The notes beneath the pieces are model-generated. The model ran no database searches and was not told the origin of the DNA. It worked only from the letters and a program-made list of their open reading frames with translations. Positions 37,999 through 52,540 of a stretch of 64,000 nucleotides of DNA are shown in pieces. The stretch comes from Octopus vulgaris (taxonomy: Eukaryota), in assembly GCA_951406725.2 (NCBI GenBank), contig OX597836.1, positions 20,956,001 through 21,020,000 on the forward strand, written 5' to 3'. Within the stretch, counting starts at the first letter, position 1; every line of letters begins with the position of its first letter. The position numbers were made by a program, and so were the translations under genes.

Positions 37999-40134
37999 TT
38001 GGCATTAGGAAGGGCATCCAGCTGTAGTAGAAACAATTATTATTATTTGGTATTAGGAAGAGCATCCAGCAGTAGAAACCATGCGAAATCAGACTGGAGT
38101 CTGGTACAGCCCCTCAGCTTGCCACCTCTTGTCAAACCATCCAACCTATGGACAACAGGCATTAAATGATGATGATGATGATTATTATTAGTAGTAGTAG
38201 TAGAAGTAGTAGCGGCAGCAGCAGTTTGATAACACATTCCTGTCATTAACATATCTTAATTAACCAAGTTTGTTTTTCAATTAATCATTTTGTTTTAACT
38301 ATCATATTTTTTAATGTACTTAGATATTTTAAAACTTATTTTATGTCATAAATCATGAATTATATTAATTATAACAATGGCAGAGATCATAATAATTAAT
38401 TTAGGGCCCTGTACCGATCTTAGGAATCATTGATTATATCAATTTGTGATCTTTCACTAATTATAATAATTCATTTGTGGCCTTATACCATTTGCATAAC
38501 TTACTGAAGTGTGGCTTTGTTCTGACATTAGAATTGTCAGAGTGAAAGACAAAATGCCTTGCAGTATTTATTTTGGCTCTTACATTCTGAGTTCAAATCC
38601 CACTCCAGTTCACTTTGCCTTTCATCTTTGCAAGATCACAAATATAAAGTAAAAGTCTGTATAATCAAACTAACTTCACTTCCTCAAACTTCTGGCTTTC
38701 CTCATTTCCTGTTTTATTTATGATTATTATTAAAGGCAGTGAGCTGGCAGAATTGTTACCATGCCAGACAAAATGCTTACCAACATTTCATTTGTCTTAA
38801 TGTTCTGAGTTCAAATTCCACTGAGGCCGACTTTGCCTTTTCCTTTCTGGATTAATAAAATAAATACCAGTCAAGCACTAGGGTCAATGTAATTAACCTA
38901 AAATTCCACTAAAATTGCTGCCCTAGTGTCAACATTTGAAATCATTATTATTATCATTTTTGTAAGTATTTTAGTCTACCAGAAAGACCTCAATGATCAC
39001 TCAATGCCTTTCCCTTTTCTTCAGTTGCATTTAATGTAGGATTCCATGGTTTGTGCCGGTAATTATCATTCATGATAAAAGCTTTTGATGAGATTAAATT
39101 TGGTAGTCAATAAATAGGGTTATAAGATTATCAACCAAAAATGGAAGTAAACATAATACTTAATTCTTTTGAAAAATGTTTAAATTGTTAAGTCATAGCT
39201 TCTTAGAAATAAACCAAATTTTAATATCATTTGGTAGATGAATTATCCATGAGATTTCTACAAAACTAACCATAATTAGAAGAACATAGAGAGCATAAAA
39301 GACTTTAATGGTTTCACTTTAAGAAATTGCAAAAGTTATTTGCAGTGAGTAATCTCTTAAACTTAGGTTATATGTGACAAATATGAAAGAAGGTTCATTT
39401 AGTACAGAAATATTTGAAATTTTAGAGCTTTTTTATTTATTCTGTGGTGTTCAATATTTCCTTTGTTTTGTTTTTTTTGAGTTTTTGTTGTTGTTTTTTA
39501 TCTTTCCATATGATGAAAGCTTAGAATATTTTCTACAAACAGAGATGAAAAGAATTCTATGGTTAAGAAAAAAAGAGATATTAAAGACACTGAAAAATGA
39601 GGAGCCGAATGGTATTTTGCTATAATTATTTTCACCTTTTTTACATCAATTTACATTCAATAATAATAATAATTCCTAAGTCTTATCCATGTTATAGAAA
39701 TATATCTAACCGAGTTAATAGCTATTTCCCTAAGTACTTTGGCTTAAAGCTGATAATTCCAACAGAATAGTGATATATAATAGCATCATTGAAATAAAAA
39801 AGAAAAATTTCAAAAAAAAGGTTCTTCTGGAACGAAAAGAATTCAGTAACAAGAAAAGAATTTAAGAAATAGCTTATAAAATCTATAGTCACATATCTGC
39901 CAGGTATAAAAATGATTGAATTCTGAAACTATCACAATTCCTCTGTGCTTCCATAGATTCACAAAATCCACAAAATTTCAAAGAATAACTTTTTCCTATA
40001 ATTTTTGATTTTGCTTATTTATTTATTTACTGTTTTACATTTTTACCTTGTCCCATGTTAATATGAATAAAATGTTCAGCAGTTTTCTTTTGGTTTTATT
40101 TTATTATTTTTTTTTTCTAAGTTTCAACAAAGAT

Positions 40135-40540
40135 ACAGGTATGGCTGTGTGGTAAGAGGTTTGCTTCCCAAACACATGGCTTCAGGTTCATTTGCACTAC
40201 ATGACATCTTGCACAAATATCTTCTACTGCAGCCCCAGGCCGACCAAAGATTTGTGAGAAGATTTGCAAAATGGAAACTAAAAAAAGCCTGTTGTGCATA
40301 TATGTATATGTATATATATATATCTATGTGAGAATGCCTTTGTGTTTGTCTCCCATCAATGCTTGACAACCTGTGTGAGTTTCTTTACATTCCCATACGT
40401 TGCAAATTTGGCAAAAGAGACTGATTGAATAAATGCCAGACTTGTAAAAATAAGTAGTAAGGTAGATTTACTCAATTAAACTCTTCAAAGCAGTGCCCCA
40501 GCATGGCTGTGATTCAATGACTGAAACAAGTAAAAGAGAA
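40135..40540 (+). mobile_element. SINE family A, old copy
   Basis: Colinear blocks. Confidence 0.8.
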
Positions 40541-40628
40541 ATGGTTGCTGGGGTTTTCTCTTTCATTTATTCTTTTTGCATGTAGCTGCCTCAATAGACT
40601 GTGGCAGTAGGGTTAATAAGCTAATATA

Positions 40629-40830
40629 CAGGGTGCAATGGGTAAACTATCACCATTTTATATTTTTAATTTCGCACATGTGTATTGTTTTTGATTTTGT
40701 CGATTGCACAGTATAGTAGGGTCAGTTGGGCACAGTCTGTGAGAAAAACAGCACCGTGGTGCAATTCACTCTGCCAGAAATTTGGAAATGACATGCCGTA
40801 CTGCTTGGCATTCATGCTGGAAGTGATAAA
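40629..40830 (+). mobile_element. Tc1/mariner terminal fragment
   Basis: TA-cagggtgcaatgggtaaact resembles the terminus at 37148. Confidence 0.55.
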
Positions 40831-42142
40831 AATCATGCTGAGAGTGATAACCATGAAAGGTGTGTGTGTGTTCTCATCTGTGTTTTGATACTGTTTATGT
40901 GCTTAAAGCATAAACCACTTAGGTTATATAATGGTTTATACCTGCTGTTAAAAATATGCTGAACTATTGCAAAGTTCATCATGCAAGAGACAAGAGCCAA
41001 TAAGTATCTTACTTGGAAATAAGAGTTAGAGAGGCATAAAGGGCATCTGGTCATAGTATACTGTTTCCAAAAAAAAAAAAAAAGTCTCATCCAACTCATG
41101 AATGAAAAAAGCAGATATTAAAACAATGGTGGTCGTGATGATAATTACAATGGGTTCTAGAGATGTTTAAGAAAAGGTAGGGTGGTCAAGGATGGGATGT
41201 ATTTGAACAGGGATCAGCAGAATCAGGGCTGATACAGAGCCAAATAACAACATGTGTTGTTAAAAGTTTATAGCACTCAGTGCCCTACCTTACTTTATTG
41301 CTCCAAAAATCTGCCAGTATGTCTACAGGTTCTTTCTGATATGCTGGCTACTTTCCATCAAGATTCTTTTTCATATATAACAACAACAACAACAAAGATA
41401 AGTACTGGATATTTGTTCAGCATTTTATGGCACTAATATATTGATGTTTTTTAAGTGTCAATCTTATTTAACCCATTTCTTCATGTTATATATGAGAAAT
41501 AATGAAAATAAAAATTAAAATAAAATAGAAAAGAAAAAAAATAACAATCCTCAATATGATGATATATTTATTGCAAGAAGAAGAAAGAGAGAAAGAGAAA
41601 AATAAAACAACAAAGGGGAAAAAAATTAGAAAGAAAGGAAAGAAAGATAGCTTATATTGAGAGATGAAATGATACAATCCAGTCACATCAAAAATGATTT
41701 ATTGTAAAACAACAAAACAGTAATAATAATAATAATAATAATAATATAATATGGAACTGAAATTTAAGCCTGCTATTTCAGCTGAAATATTTATGTACTC
41801 CAATATGAAGTAGAAATACTCCCAGTAGAAGTGAGTAGCTTCTTACAGGGAAAGGTTAGGTCTGCTATAAATAGCAGACAAACCTTACCCAAATCATATT
41901 CTACTATGTTCAAAAAGAAGTAGTGTGGAGGAAAGAAAGGGCATGTTGAATAATCTAGTCCATGATACATGTGAAATAATAATAATAATAATAATAATCC
42001 TTTGTACTATAAGCACAAGGCCTGAAATTTTGGGGGAGGAGGGGTCAGTTGATTAGATCAACCTCTGTACACTACTAGTACTTAATTTATCAACCCCGAA
42101 TGCATGAAAGGCAAAGTCGACCTCAAAGGAATTTGAACTCAG

Positions 42143-42204
<62 letters not shown>

Positions 42205-42217
42205 TAATAATAATAAG

Positions 42218-42920
42218 CAGCACAAGATCAAGCAATGAGGATTAATTGGATAAAAGCCAAGATAGACAAAAACCAAGTAGATTCCCAATGTAGGTTATGC
42301 AAATCGAAAGAGGAAAGTGTTACTCATATAGTAAATGAATGTAGCATGCTGGCTCAGAAAGAATACAAGAAAAGACATGATAGCCTAGGAAGAGTAATCC
42401 ACTGGAGGTTATGTAGAAAGCTAGGGTTTGACCATACTGATAAGTGATATGAACATGAACCTAGTAAAGTGCTTGAAAGTAAGAAATATAAGATGTGGAA
42501 CTTTAACATTCAGACTGACAGAGTAATAGAAGCTAGGTCTGATTTAGTAGCAGTAGATAAAGAGAATAGAAAGTGTTAGATGATTGACTTTACAGTCCCA
42601 AATGATGAGAAAGTCAATATGAGAGCTATAAAGTATCAGGATCTACCCATTGAGTTACAGAGACAATGGAAAATGCAGGTAGAATGCATCCCTGTAGTTA
42701 CTGGTGCATTAGGAAGTATCCCTAAAGATTCGAACTGATGGATAGTGGTAATAGGCATAAAATCTAGTTTAGTACAGCTCCAGAAAACAGTGTTATTAGG
42801 GACAGCTAGAATGCTTAGGAGAGTTCTTGGCATCCAAGGTTATTTGTTGTAGCCTGATGTTAGGAATTTTTTTCTTTTCCAACAGTCTAATCTGTTGTAT
42901 GTATGTGAAATAATAATAAT
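42218..42920 (+). mobile_element. R4/Dong-like non-LTR retrotransposon 3' fragment (CCHC knuckle, restriction-like endonuclease)
   Basis: CRLC...ESVTHIVNEC...YKKRHDSLGRVIHW, then IQTDRVIEA..D and IPVVTGALG motifs with stops; flanked by (TAA)n. Confidence 0.85.
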
Positions 42921-42924
42921 ATAT

Positions 42925-43385
42925 CCATAAATATGGCTAAGTAGCTATTAAAAACTAACAAGAAATGGTATAAACATGTACCAAACAAAGTACATGACTA
43001 TGACCAGGCCACAATCATCTGGGATATGCCTGTTCAAACTGACAAAGAAATAAAAGATAATCACCCAGACATAATACTCAAAGATTTGAAAAAAACACCT
43101 GCTTATTGATAGACATTGCTGTATCATCTGGCCAAAATATTACCCAAAACAAAAGGAAGTGGAGAAATTGTCAAAGTACAAAGACCTCAATACTGAAATA
43201 TTCAAGATGTGGGTCATGAAGGTGAAAACAATACCTGTAATAATTTGAGCATTGGATGTGATAAAAAAAACATATGAACAAAAACAGAAGCTGTATACCT
43301 GGACCCTCAACACTACACACTACCCCAAAATAGCCCTCTGGGAACAGCCAATATCCTACACAAGAGACTACCAATTCAGTAATAC
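42925..43385 (+). mobile_element. Second R4/Dong-like endonuclease fragment
   Basis: TIIWDMPVQTDKEIKDNHPDIILKD...LLIDIAV (PD..D motif). Confidence 0.75.
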
Positions 43386-43436
43386 AACTCAAATAAAATA
43401 ATCAACAAACACAAGACATGCTCTATACAATAAATC

Positions 43437-43643
43437 ATCATCATCATCGTTTAACGTCCGTTCTCCATGCTAGCATGGGTTGGACGGTTCGACCGGGGAT
43501 CTGGGAAGCCAGAAGGCTGCACCAGGCTCCGGTCTTATCTGGCAATGTTTCTACAGCTGGATGCCCTTCCTAACGCCAACCACTCCGTGAGTGTAGTGGG
43601 TGCTTTTTACGTGCCACCTGCACTGGTGCCAGGCGAGGCTGGC
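43437..43643 (-). mobile_element. Family D element
   Basis: Reverse complement of 36895-37103. Confidence 0.9.
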
Positions 43644-44325
43644 ATATCCAATAAAATACACAACCCCCTCAACATGTACTATACAGGCTGGATACCCAAC
43701 AGAAAAACGCAACTCACATTATACACACACACAACACGATAAAATACAAACACAAATTCAACTAAAGACTGCAACCAGACCCCATAACAAAAGATACTGT
43801 CGCAATACCGGGAAGAATTTGCACTCCCACAACAACAAAACAGAACACACAATGCTGCACACACCTCAGCAACATTGAGAGAGGGAGAGAGAAAGAGAGA
43901 CAGACAGACACACGGATAGATAGACAGGTGACACTGCTGAGTGGTTGGTGTTAGGAAGGGTATCCAGTTGTAAAAATCATGCCAAAACAGTCATAGAAGT
44001 CTGGTGCAGGCTTCGGCCTGGTTGGCTCTGGTGGTACTATCCCACCCATGTTAGCATGGAACACAGACATATGATGATGATGATGATGATGATGGACAGT
44101 TGTATTTAATTAGAAATATGGTCAAAAAAGAGTTAAGTATTTTGGTAATGAACATTAGTATTGTAATAGAGTACAAACAAGAATTAACTGTTTGGCCAGT
44201 TGTCCCTATATCTAACCCATCTTGGGTTAAAGTATTTTCAACAAAAAACACTTAAACAGACACACATAAAGATTTCTACAATCTAGATTTCCTTTATAAC
44301 AGAGGATAGAGAAACACTGAATGTA

Positions 44326-44472
44326 CCCTTTAGCATTTAAACCATATCCAGCCCAAATATTCTACCTGTTTCGGTCTCTCATACCTATCCTACAACATCA
44401 TTCTAAAAATAAACATTCACATCATCAAAATCAAAGTTTTTCATATGACAGAGAAATCTGAATGCTAAAGGG
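44326..44472 (+). mobile_element. piggyBac-type MITE
   Basis: TIR ccctttagcatt/aatgctaaaggg with TTAA at the right end; further copies near 48630-48837, 57426-57624 and 60049-60240. Confidence 0.8.
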
Positions 44473-45123
44473 TTAACCTTGAATGTTAAAACTGAATTAA
44501 ATGTCAATGGACACACTCTAGAAACTCTCTTAAGACACTTCAATTGGAAAGAAGAACTTAAATCAATTGAAGCGTTTAGTTTATTTCTGAATATCTGTTA
44601 TTCCTGTGTGTGTATATGTCTATGCACAAACACAAGCACACATACATGTACGTACAGTCCCTGATTTTCCTATTTCAGCCGTGACTGTGTAAGCTTTACA
44701 ATTCATCTGGAATGAAAACATTTATTGAGACATTTGTGAATATAAATATGTCAAATAATACTATTATTAGTCAGTTACTGAAAAGTCATGGTTGGGTGTT
44801 CACATACAACTACAACAGAGCTGGCTGATAGTAAAGCTGTGTTACATTCACTTTGTGCTATCTACTGCGGTGCCTAAATCTTCCTAGAATGTTAATCCTT
44901 TTGCTCTTTTGTTAAAAGAATCTTTATCAGCTTTGTAGAAACTTCCTCATATTTACATTTCAACTATGGTGTTAATGTAATCAGTCCACCGACAGACAAA
45001 ACCTCCAAACCTTACTGTTTGTTTTGCTCCCAACTTCTAACTGAACACCTTTCATAAATCTCCACTCAATCTATCCCTTTCTCTCACACTTACCTCACCA
45101 CACACACACACCATCCTGTACAG

Positions 45124-45342
45124 CAGTGCTTTTCAACCTTTTTGCTGAAGCGGAACCCCAAGAAAACATTTCACTGGCTTGAGGAACCCCTGTGCAATAA
45201 TCTAATTGTCTTATGCACACATATCTGCACAGGAGAATTAAAAATTACTGTCGATTTTAGCATTTTTGTAACTTCTTGCGGAACTCCTGGATTGTACTGG
45301 CGGAACCCTAAGGTTCCGCGGAACCCTGGTTGAAAACCACTG
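45124..45342. mobile_element. hAT MITE, young
   Basis: TIR cagtgcttttcaacc/ggttgaaaaccactg, 8-bp TSD ctgtacag, repeated cggaaccc subterminal motifs. Confidence 0.95.
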
Positions 45343-46108
45343 CTGTACAGATACAAACTACTCAGCATACAGCCACGCCAAGAGCCAAATCCCCTCTGGC
45401 CACTACCCCTCACAATGTTCCTTCTTTTACTTTAAAGCAATGAACACTAAACTTAGCTTCCATGAGTAACATGCTTCAATGTCCAAATCTAAAAATGGCA
45501 ATACTGCCACTAAGCCTGTGACTGTTTGTCAGATTGCACTTTTGTAGCATGTGTCTGCTGATTGACTTGTCTCTGATTCACATTATCAATTCTAAGTTTT
45601 GTAATATACATGTGGGCAGTGGTGGACCAGCCAGGTAGCCAACTTGCCCGATGGCAAGTGGACCCCTGCACCATTAGAATCCATATATGGAAGGGCCCAT
45701 CCCCTCAAGTTGAATAATTTTTTTATTCACTGCTAGAAGAATGCATTAAGTATTTCAACCTGGCTGTGTTTGTAGACAGTTGAAAAGAACACTTTTAATA
45801 AAAAAAATTTTTTAAATAAAAAATTAAATTATAGCATTGTAGTTGCAGGTAGTCCCCTTAGTCTCCTGGCAACCAATATTTTTAGACACAGTCTGTGGGT
45901 CATGGGAAAATGTAAGTACAAAGCCTGAAAACTTAGAAGAGAAGAACTACTTGATTATATAGATCCCAGTGTTTTACTGATACTCATTTTATCAAGGAAG
46001 AAGGACAAAGTCAACATCTGAAGAATTTGAACTCGGAATATACTGAACCAAAAGAAATGTGACAAAGCACTTTTTCTGATGCTCTAATAATTCTTCCAGC
46101 TTGCTGCC

Positions 46109-46272
<164 letters not shown>

Positions 46273-46427
46273 TTCTTTTATTTGCTACAAGGGTGGAGGA
46301 TGGGGGGACAATACAAAGACACACATAAAGTGTGAGGGTTTACATATAATGGAATGATTTGAGACAGAGAGACAGACAGACAGACAGACAGAGAAGTATA
46401 CACAGTATACAATAAAAGATATTTGAA

Positions 46428-46459
<32 letters not shown>

Positions 46460-46684
46460 GCTTTCAAATTTTGGTACAAGACCAGCAATTTCTGGGGAGG
46501 GGATTAGTCCATAACATCAACTGCAGTGTTCAAATGATACTTATTTTATTGACCCCACCAAGAGGATGAAGAGTATAGTCGCCCTCGGCAAAATTTGAAC
46601 TCAGAATGTGAAAGATGAAATGCTGCTAAACATTTTGCCTGGTGTGCTAACGATTCTGTCAGCTTGCTGAAGACACACCATCCT

Positions 46685-47095
46685 GTATACACACACACAC
46701 TACCATGTACGCATACACACACTACCATGTACGCATACACATACTACCATTTACGCATACACACACTACCATGTACACACACACACACTACCATGTACAT
46801 ACACACTAACATGTACACATACACACACTATCATGTACACACACACACACTACCATGTACATACACACTAACATGTACGCATACACACACTATCATGTAC
46901 ACACACACACTACCATGTACACACATACACTACCATGTACACACACACACTACCATGTACACATACACACACTATCATGTACACATACACATACTACCAT
47001 GTACACACACACACACACACACTACCAGGCACACACTCACACTACCATGTACTCACACACACACTATCATGTATACATACACATTAACCAGAGTA
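46685..47095. repeat. Roughly 20-bp minisatellite (cacactaccatgtacacata)
   Basis: About 18 units with variable (CA) length. Confidence 0.95.
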
Positions 47096-47658
47096 TACAG
47101 GTGCACACATATGTGCACACATACACTGTACATTACAAAATAAGGTTGCCAATCTTTGACTTAGACACTAAACAGCCCTCAACACCTGTAGCATATGCTG
47201 TGTTCTTTTATATCAGAACATTTTATATTTCAACTAAATTCAACAAGAGCAACACAAAAATGATAAAAACCATTGAAAAAGGGAAAGGATTGGAATAAGA
47301 GAAAGATGGTGAAAAGAAGAAAGCCATCTGTCATATATTGAGATATGTTAAATGTCACAAAAGAAATAACTAAGATCTTTATCTATTGAACTGAAAAATC
47401 AACCAATCAGCTGAACTAAGTTTTATGAATCAAAAATGTTTAAAGGCTGAATAATACACTTGAAGAAAAATATATTTAAATAACTTCTTTTTCTCTCCTT
47501 TACACATATCCTGTTCTTTAGAACTTGGTGAGTAAAATATCTTGATTGTAAAGGTATTCACATATAAATATTATTTGAAAAAGGAGGGGGGAAAAATTTG
47601 TTTGATATTGTTCACTTAAATAATCCATACATAATATTTCCTGTCTAGATTTTACTGT

Positions 47659-48044
47659 GGAAGCACTCCGTCGGTTATGACGACGAGGGTTCCGGTTGAT
47701 CCGAATCAACGGAACAGCCTGCTCGTGAAATTAACGTGTAAGTGGCTGAGCACTCCACAGACACATGTACCCTTTTAACGTAGTTCTCGGGGATATTCAG
47801 CGTGACACAGAGAGTGACAAGGCCGGCCCTTTGAAATACAGGTACAACAGAAACAGGAAGTAAGAGTGAGAGAAAGTTGTGGTGAAAGAGTACAGCAGGG
47901 ATCACCACCATCCCCTGCTGGAGCCTCATGGAGCTTTAGGTGTTTTCGCTCAATAAACACTCACAACGCCCGGTCTGGGAATCGAAACCGCGATCCTATG
48001 ACCGCGAGTCCGCTGCCCTAACCACTGGGCCATTGCGCCTCCAC
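47659..48044 (-). mobile_element. SINE family B
   Basis: 12-bp TSD agattttactgt. Confidence 0.95.
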
Positions 48045-49523
48045 AGATTTTACTGTATTAGGTAAATGAGAGGAATTACTCTTCAATAAATGAAATGAAA
48101 ATCTTCAGTTAAAATTATTCCTAGCGTGCATCAGTTTGGTTTTCCATCTTTACATATTACTTCATTTTAGGTCTTTAGAAATCACACTTTATTCTTAAAA
48201 ATCTTTAATTTAGAATCTATTCATTGAAACATCTAAATCTTGCAATAATTAATTATTCTTGAACTTTGGTTCAAATTATGCATCTTTGAAGGATTACTAT
48301 AATCATTTTCTTTATACATGACAAAGAGACACAAAATATCTTTACTAACACAAAACATTGAAAAAGTTTTAGTGGTAATTATCTTTTCTTGTAAAATATT
48401 GGCACAAACACTCAAAATGGTTATGGCAGCTAATTAGCTTTTTGTCAGAGGTTAACCAGTAATTTGAATTAAGTTAGAGTAGATGATTAAAATCACCTTT
48501 TTATGACATACAGGTTACAATATCTGTTGAGCAGAATGTGACGTGTATGAATTTCATTAATCCCAGAATTTACCATCAAATTAACAAAGTTACACATTAT
48601 CAAGTACATAAACTAAATTATATTCAATTCCATTAACATTTCATCAAGGCATGTCCAGCCCAAATGGTTAAAACTGACCTGATTTAACCTCTTGCACTTA
48701 CCCTACAATGTCATTCTAAAAATATGCAAGCACACCATTGAAATCTTGAAGCTACAAGATAATGCATGATTAATTCAAAACAATGTAAATAAATAAGCAT
48801 TACATTTGACAAATAAATCTGAATGCTAAAGGGTTAAAGTACCAAATACTATCAGATATTTTGGCACCATACACATATTTCCATTCATGGTGTTGTTCTG
48901 AGGCAAAAGTATTAACTGCTTACATATATTACAACAGTGGTTCCTGATATAAAGGTAATGACCTAATTGAGTCACTAAATAATTCTGAAAAGGCCTGCAG
49001 AGATAGAAAAAGATTTTTTAACTTTGAACTATTTGATAAAATACAAAATGTTTTATAAATATGTTGTACAATAAACCTTAGGCATATCAAGAGCTACATA
49101 CTGCACAACGTTTCCTACAAATGAAGACTAAGAACTATTCTCTCAAAACATATCCAGTTTTAAGTGCACTCCATTAGAATATATATTCTGGGGGAAATTA
49201 TTTATTATTTTATATATTAATAATAAAGGGGCATAAGAGGAAGATATCTTTTCTGTTAATAAGTACTGATTGCAGCATAGCTGAATAGTTAAGCAGTTTT
49301 CTTCACAATCATGAGGTCTTGGGGTCAATTGCACCATGTGACATTTTGGACAAGTGTCCTGGATTGACTCAAATACTGTATGTTAAGCTGAGTAGATGGA
49401 AACAGAAAACCTAACAGATGGGATACATCTGTAATACAAATGTCCAGTCTTGTCACATTCTTTGCTATTCTGATTCTGACAGAGGATTTGTTAAAGGTAC
49501 ACGTATCTCAGCCACTTAGACAA

Positions 49524-49705
49524 GCACGTAAAAAGCACCCACTACACTCACGGAGTAGTTGGCGTTAGGAAGGGCATCCAGCCGTAGAAACACTGCCAGA
49601 TTTGACTGGCCTGATGAAGCCTTCTGGCTTCACAGACCCCAGTAGAACCGTCCAACCCATGCTAGCATGGAAAACGGACGCTAAACGATGATGATGATGA
49701 TGATG
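49524..49705 (+). mobile_element. Family D element, 3' part
   Basis: gcacgtaaaaagcacccactacac...ggacgctaaacgatgatg. Confidence 0.9.
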
Positions 49706-50744
49706 TTGTTCAGCTAATTGAACAACAGAACACTCAATATCAAAACAAATAAAAAAATTCATCACTTCCTGCCACTACTTTCACAATTACACATTATATA
49801 TACTAGGCACTGAGCTGGCAGAATCATTAGCAAACCAAGCAAAATGCTTAGCAGTATTTCATCTGTCCTTATGTTCTGAGTTCAAATTCCACCATGGCTG
49901 ACTTTGTCTTTCATCCCTTTAGGGTCAATGAAGTAAGTACCAGTTGATCACTGAGGTCAAAGTAATCAACTTAACTACTCCTGGGTATGAGTATAAAAGA
50001 ACTGCATTCCTCTGCCAGGCTATGTTGAGCGAGTGTTAAAGAATAGGCTCATCAAACTAGTATGATCTCAAACTCAAATGCATGGTTGGGTGGAGAGAAC
50101 ATGCTGAAGCCTTCAACCTACAGTGGACTGAATATGGAAAATCCAATATACAAGAGTAACAATATACAAAAAGTAACTCATGGACTATTAATTCTTGGGT
50201 TGAATTGGCATCCATAATTTTTGGTTAAACATTTCATTTGCATCATCATCATTTTAGTGTTCACTTTTCTATGCTTGTATGGATCAGATGAAATTCATCG
50301 AGGCATACCTTATATGGCCAGATACTCTTCCAACCACCAAACTTCACCTGTTTCTAAGGATTTGGTAAGGCGGATTTTTTACAGTTGGATGCCTTTCCTG
50401 TCACCAACTTTCAACTGTTTCCTGGTGAGGTAATATTTTTCCTTGGCCACACACATTTTCATGACAGATTGAAAATGAAGAACATCATTTGTATGATGAA
50501 AATACACATTTACAACTATTACGTAATGTCAAGACAAGGAAACACACACACACACACACAGATTCACCTCCATGCAACATATGCACACACATATATACAC
50601 ATATGAAGGGTTCTTTTTGGTTTCCATCTCCCAAATCCACTCACAAGGCATTAAAAATAATAATATATTTTTTAGTGTCTAAACCTAAATTGTTAATTAT
50701 TTAATACAAGAAAACATACTTGTTAATATTAATCTACCGCATAT

Positions 50745-51157
50745 ACTCTTTTACTCTTTTACTTGTTTCAGTCATTCGACTGCGGCCATGCTGGAGCACC
50801 GCCTTTAGTCGAGCAAATCGACCCCAAGACTTATTCTTTGTAAGCCCAGTACTTATTCTATCGGTCTCTTTTGCCGAACCGCTAAGTGACGGGGACGTAA
50901 ACACACCAGCATCGGTTGTCAAACAATGCTAGGGGAACAAACACAGACACACAAACACACACACGCATATATATATATATATATACATATATACGACAGG
51001 CTTCTTTCAGTTTCCGTCTACCAAATCCACTCACAAGGCATTGGTCGGCCCGGGGCTATAGCAGAAGACACTTGCCCAAGATGCCACGCAGTGGGACTGA
51101 ACCTGGAACCATGTGGTTGGTTAGCAAGCTACTTACCACACAGCCACTCCTGCGCCT
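50745..51157 (-). mobile_element. SINE family A, young
   Basis: Near-identical to 9535-9959. Confidence 0.95.
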
Positions 51158-52504
51158 ATGTTACTATGTAGTTTATAAAATTATTCTATTTAAATATCTA
51201 TGTCCAGCCTTGATACATCTATGTCCCTGTCTCCTCCTCTCCTCTTTTTTTCATCTTTATTCTGTTATAAGATTAAATGCTTACAAAATTATTCCCCAGT
51301 GACATTTAAATAAATGGTTCTAAGCTAATGCTTACAAAATTTTATTACAATTCCATTCTAAAAACATTTGGTGGGGTTGGATATTTTGTTTGTGTGAAAA
51401 TAAAGCACCTTTCTTCTAGTAAAAGGAAATTAGATTTACACACAAAAATATGTATAAGTACGCATTTATTGTGAAGAGCAGATGGGAGCAATTCAACAGA
51501 ACTAAAATCCAATTCTGGTTTAAAAGAAAATAAATATTCAAATAGACTGGCAAACACTCATTTCAAATAAGCAACAACTTCTTTGTACAATGGGATAGAA
51601 AATAATTTTTTCCTTTATTTTATTTTCTCCCCCTCGTTTTCTTTTTTGCAGAAAACAACAAAAGAGATTTACACTCTGTAAATAAGTAGACAATATGGTA
51701 CATGTCTGAAGTATGAAGTTATGTGACAGAGACAGAATATTGGCAGAGATACGTATGATAAATACAGGAATATCATTTAGAGAAGAATAAATTGAGAATT
51801 ACATTTAGTATTACAAGCACAAATACAACAAAGACAGAATGAATATTGAATGGTGTTGTGGTGGGAGGGTAGGTTCTTAAGTCTTAGTCAGTGCCTGGTA
51901 GAGAAAGAAAAAGGAGATAAGAGAGAAAGAGGTTTCACAATGGTTCGGACATGATATGAAAAATTGATCATGATTTAAGCTAATCAACTATTGTGATATT
52001 CAGAGATATATCCCAGTCTCTCTCATCTCAACCAGATGAATATACGAAGAGAAAAAAAAATATAGACACCAACAAAATATCAATTTTTTTTTTTTCTTTT
52101 CTGTTTTTCTTGTAGACCACATTCTAAGATTGTATAATAAATCACTTTTTCTTGAGAAAATACTTTACAAATATATCAACCAAAACCACTATCCACCTCA
52201 TCCAATCCAGCCAGAATCATTATCACACAAATTTCCATACAGATTGGCACTGCTCCAGAATGAAACCAGTAAAAATGTAAATATATTTTGACATTTCCAA
52301 ACTTCAACTCTGAAAAGTACACAAAACAAATGTGAACCAGTGACAAGATAGCTTTTATGAAGTTACAGCTAGAAATAATAACCAAATCTCTCCTTGAACC
52401 ACATCTTATTATCTTAGAAATAAAGGCTTCTCTCATACACAATGCAATTGGCATGTGAAAGTAAGAAACAAAGTTGCCATTCTGTATCATAAATAGTGTA
52501 TAAA

Positions 52505-52540
<36 letters not shown>

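Noticed and set aside
46664-47298. His/Thr-rich ORFs and a CRISPR-like periodicity
   Set aside because: A 20-bp minisatellite without unique spacers, in eukaryotic DNA.
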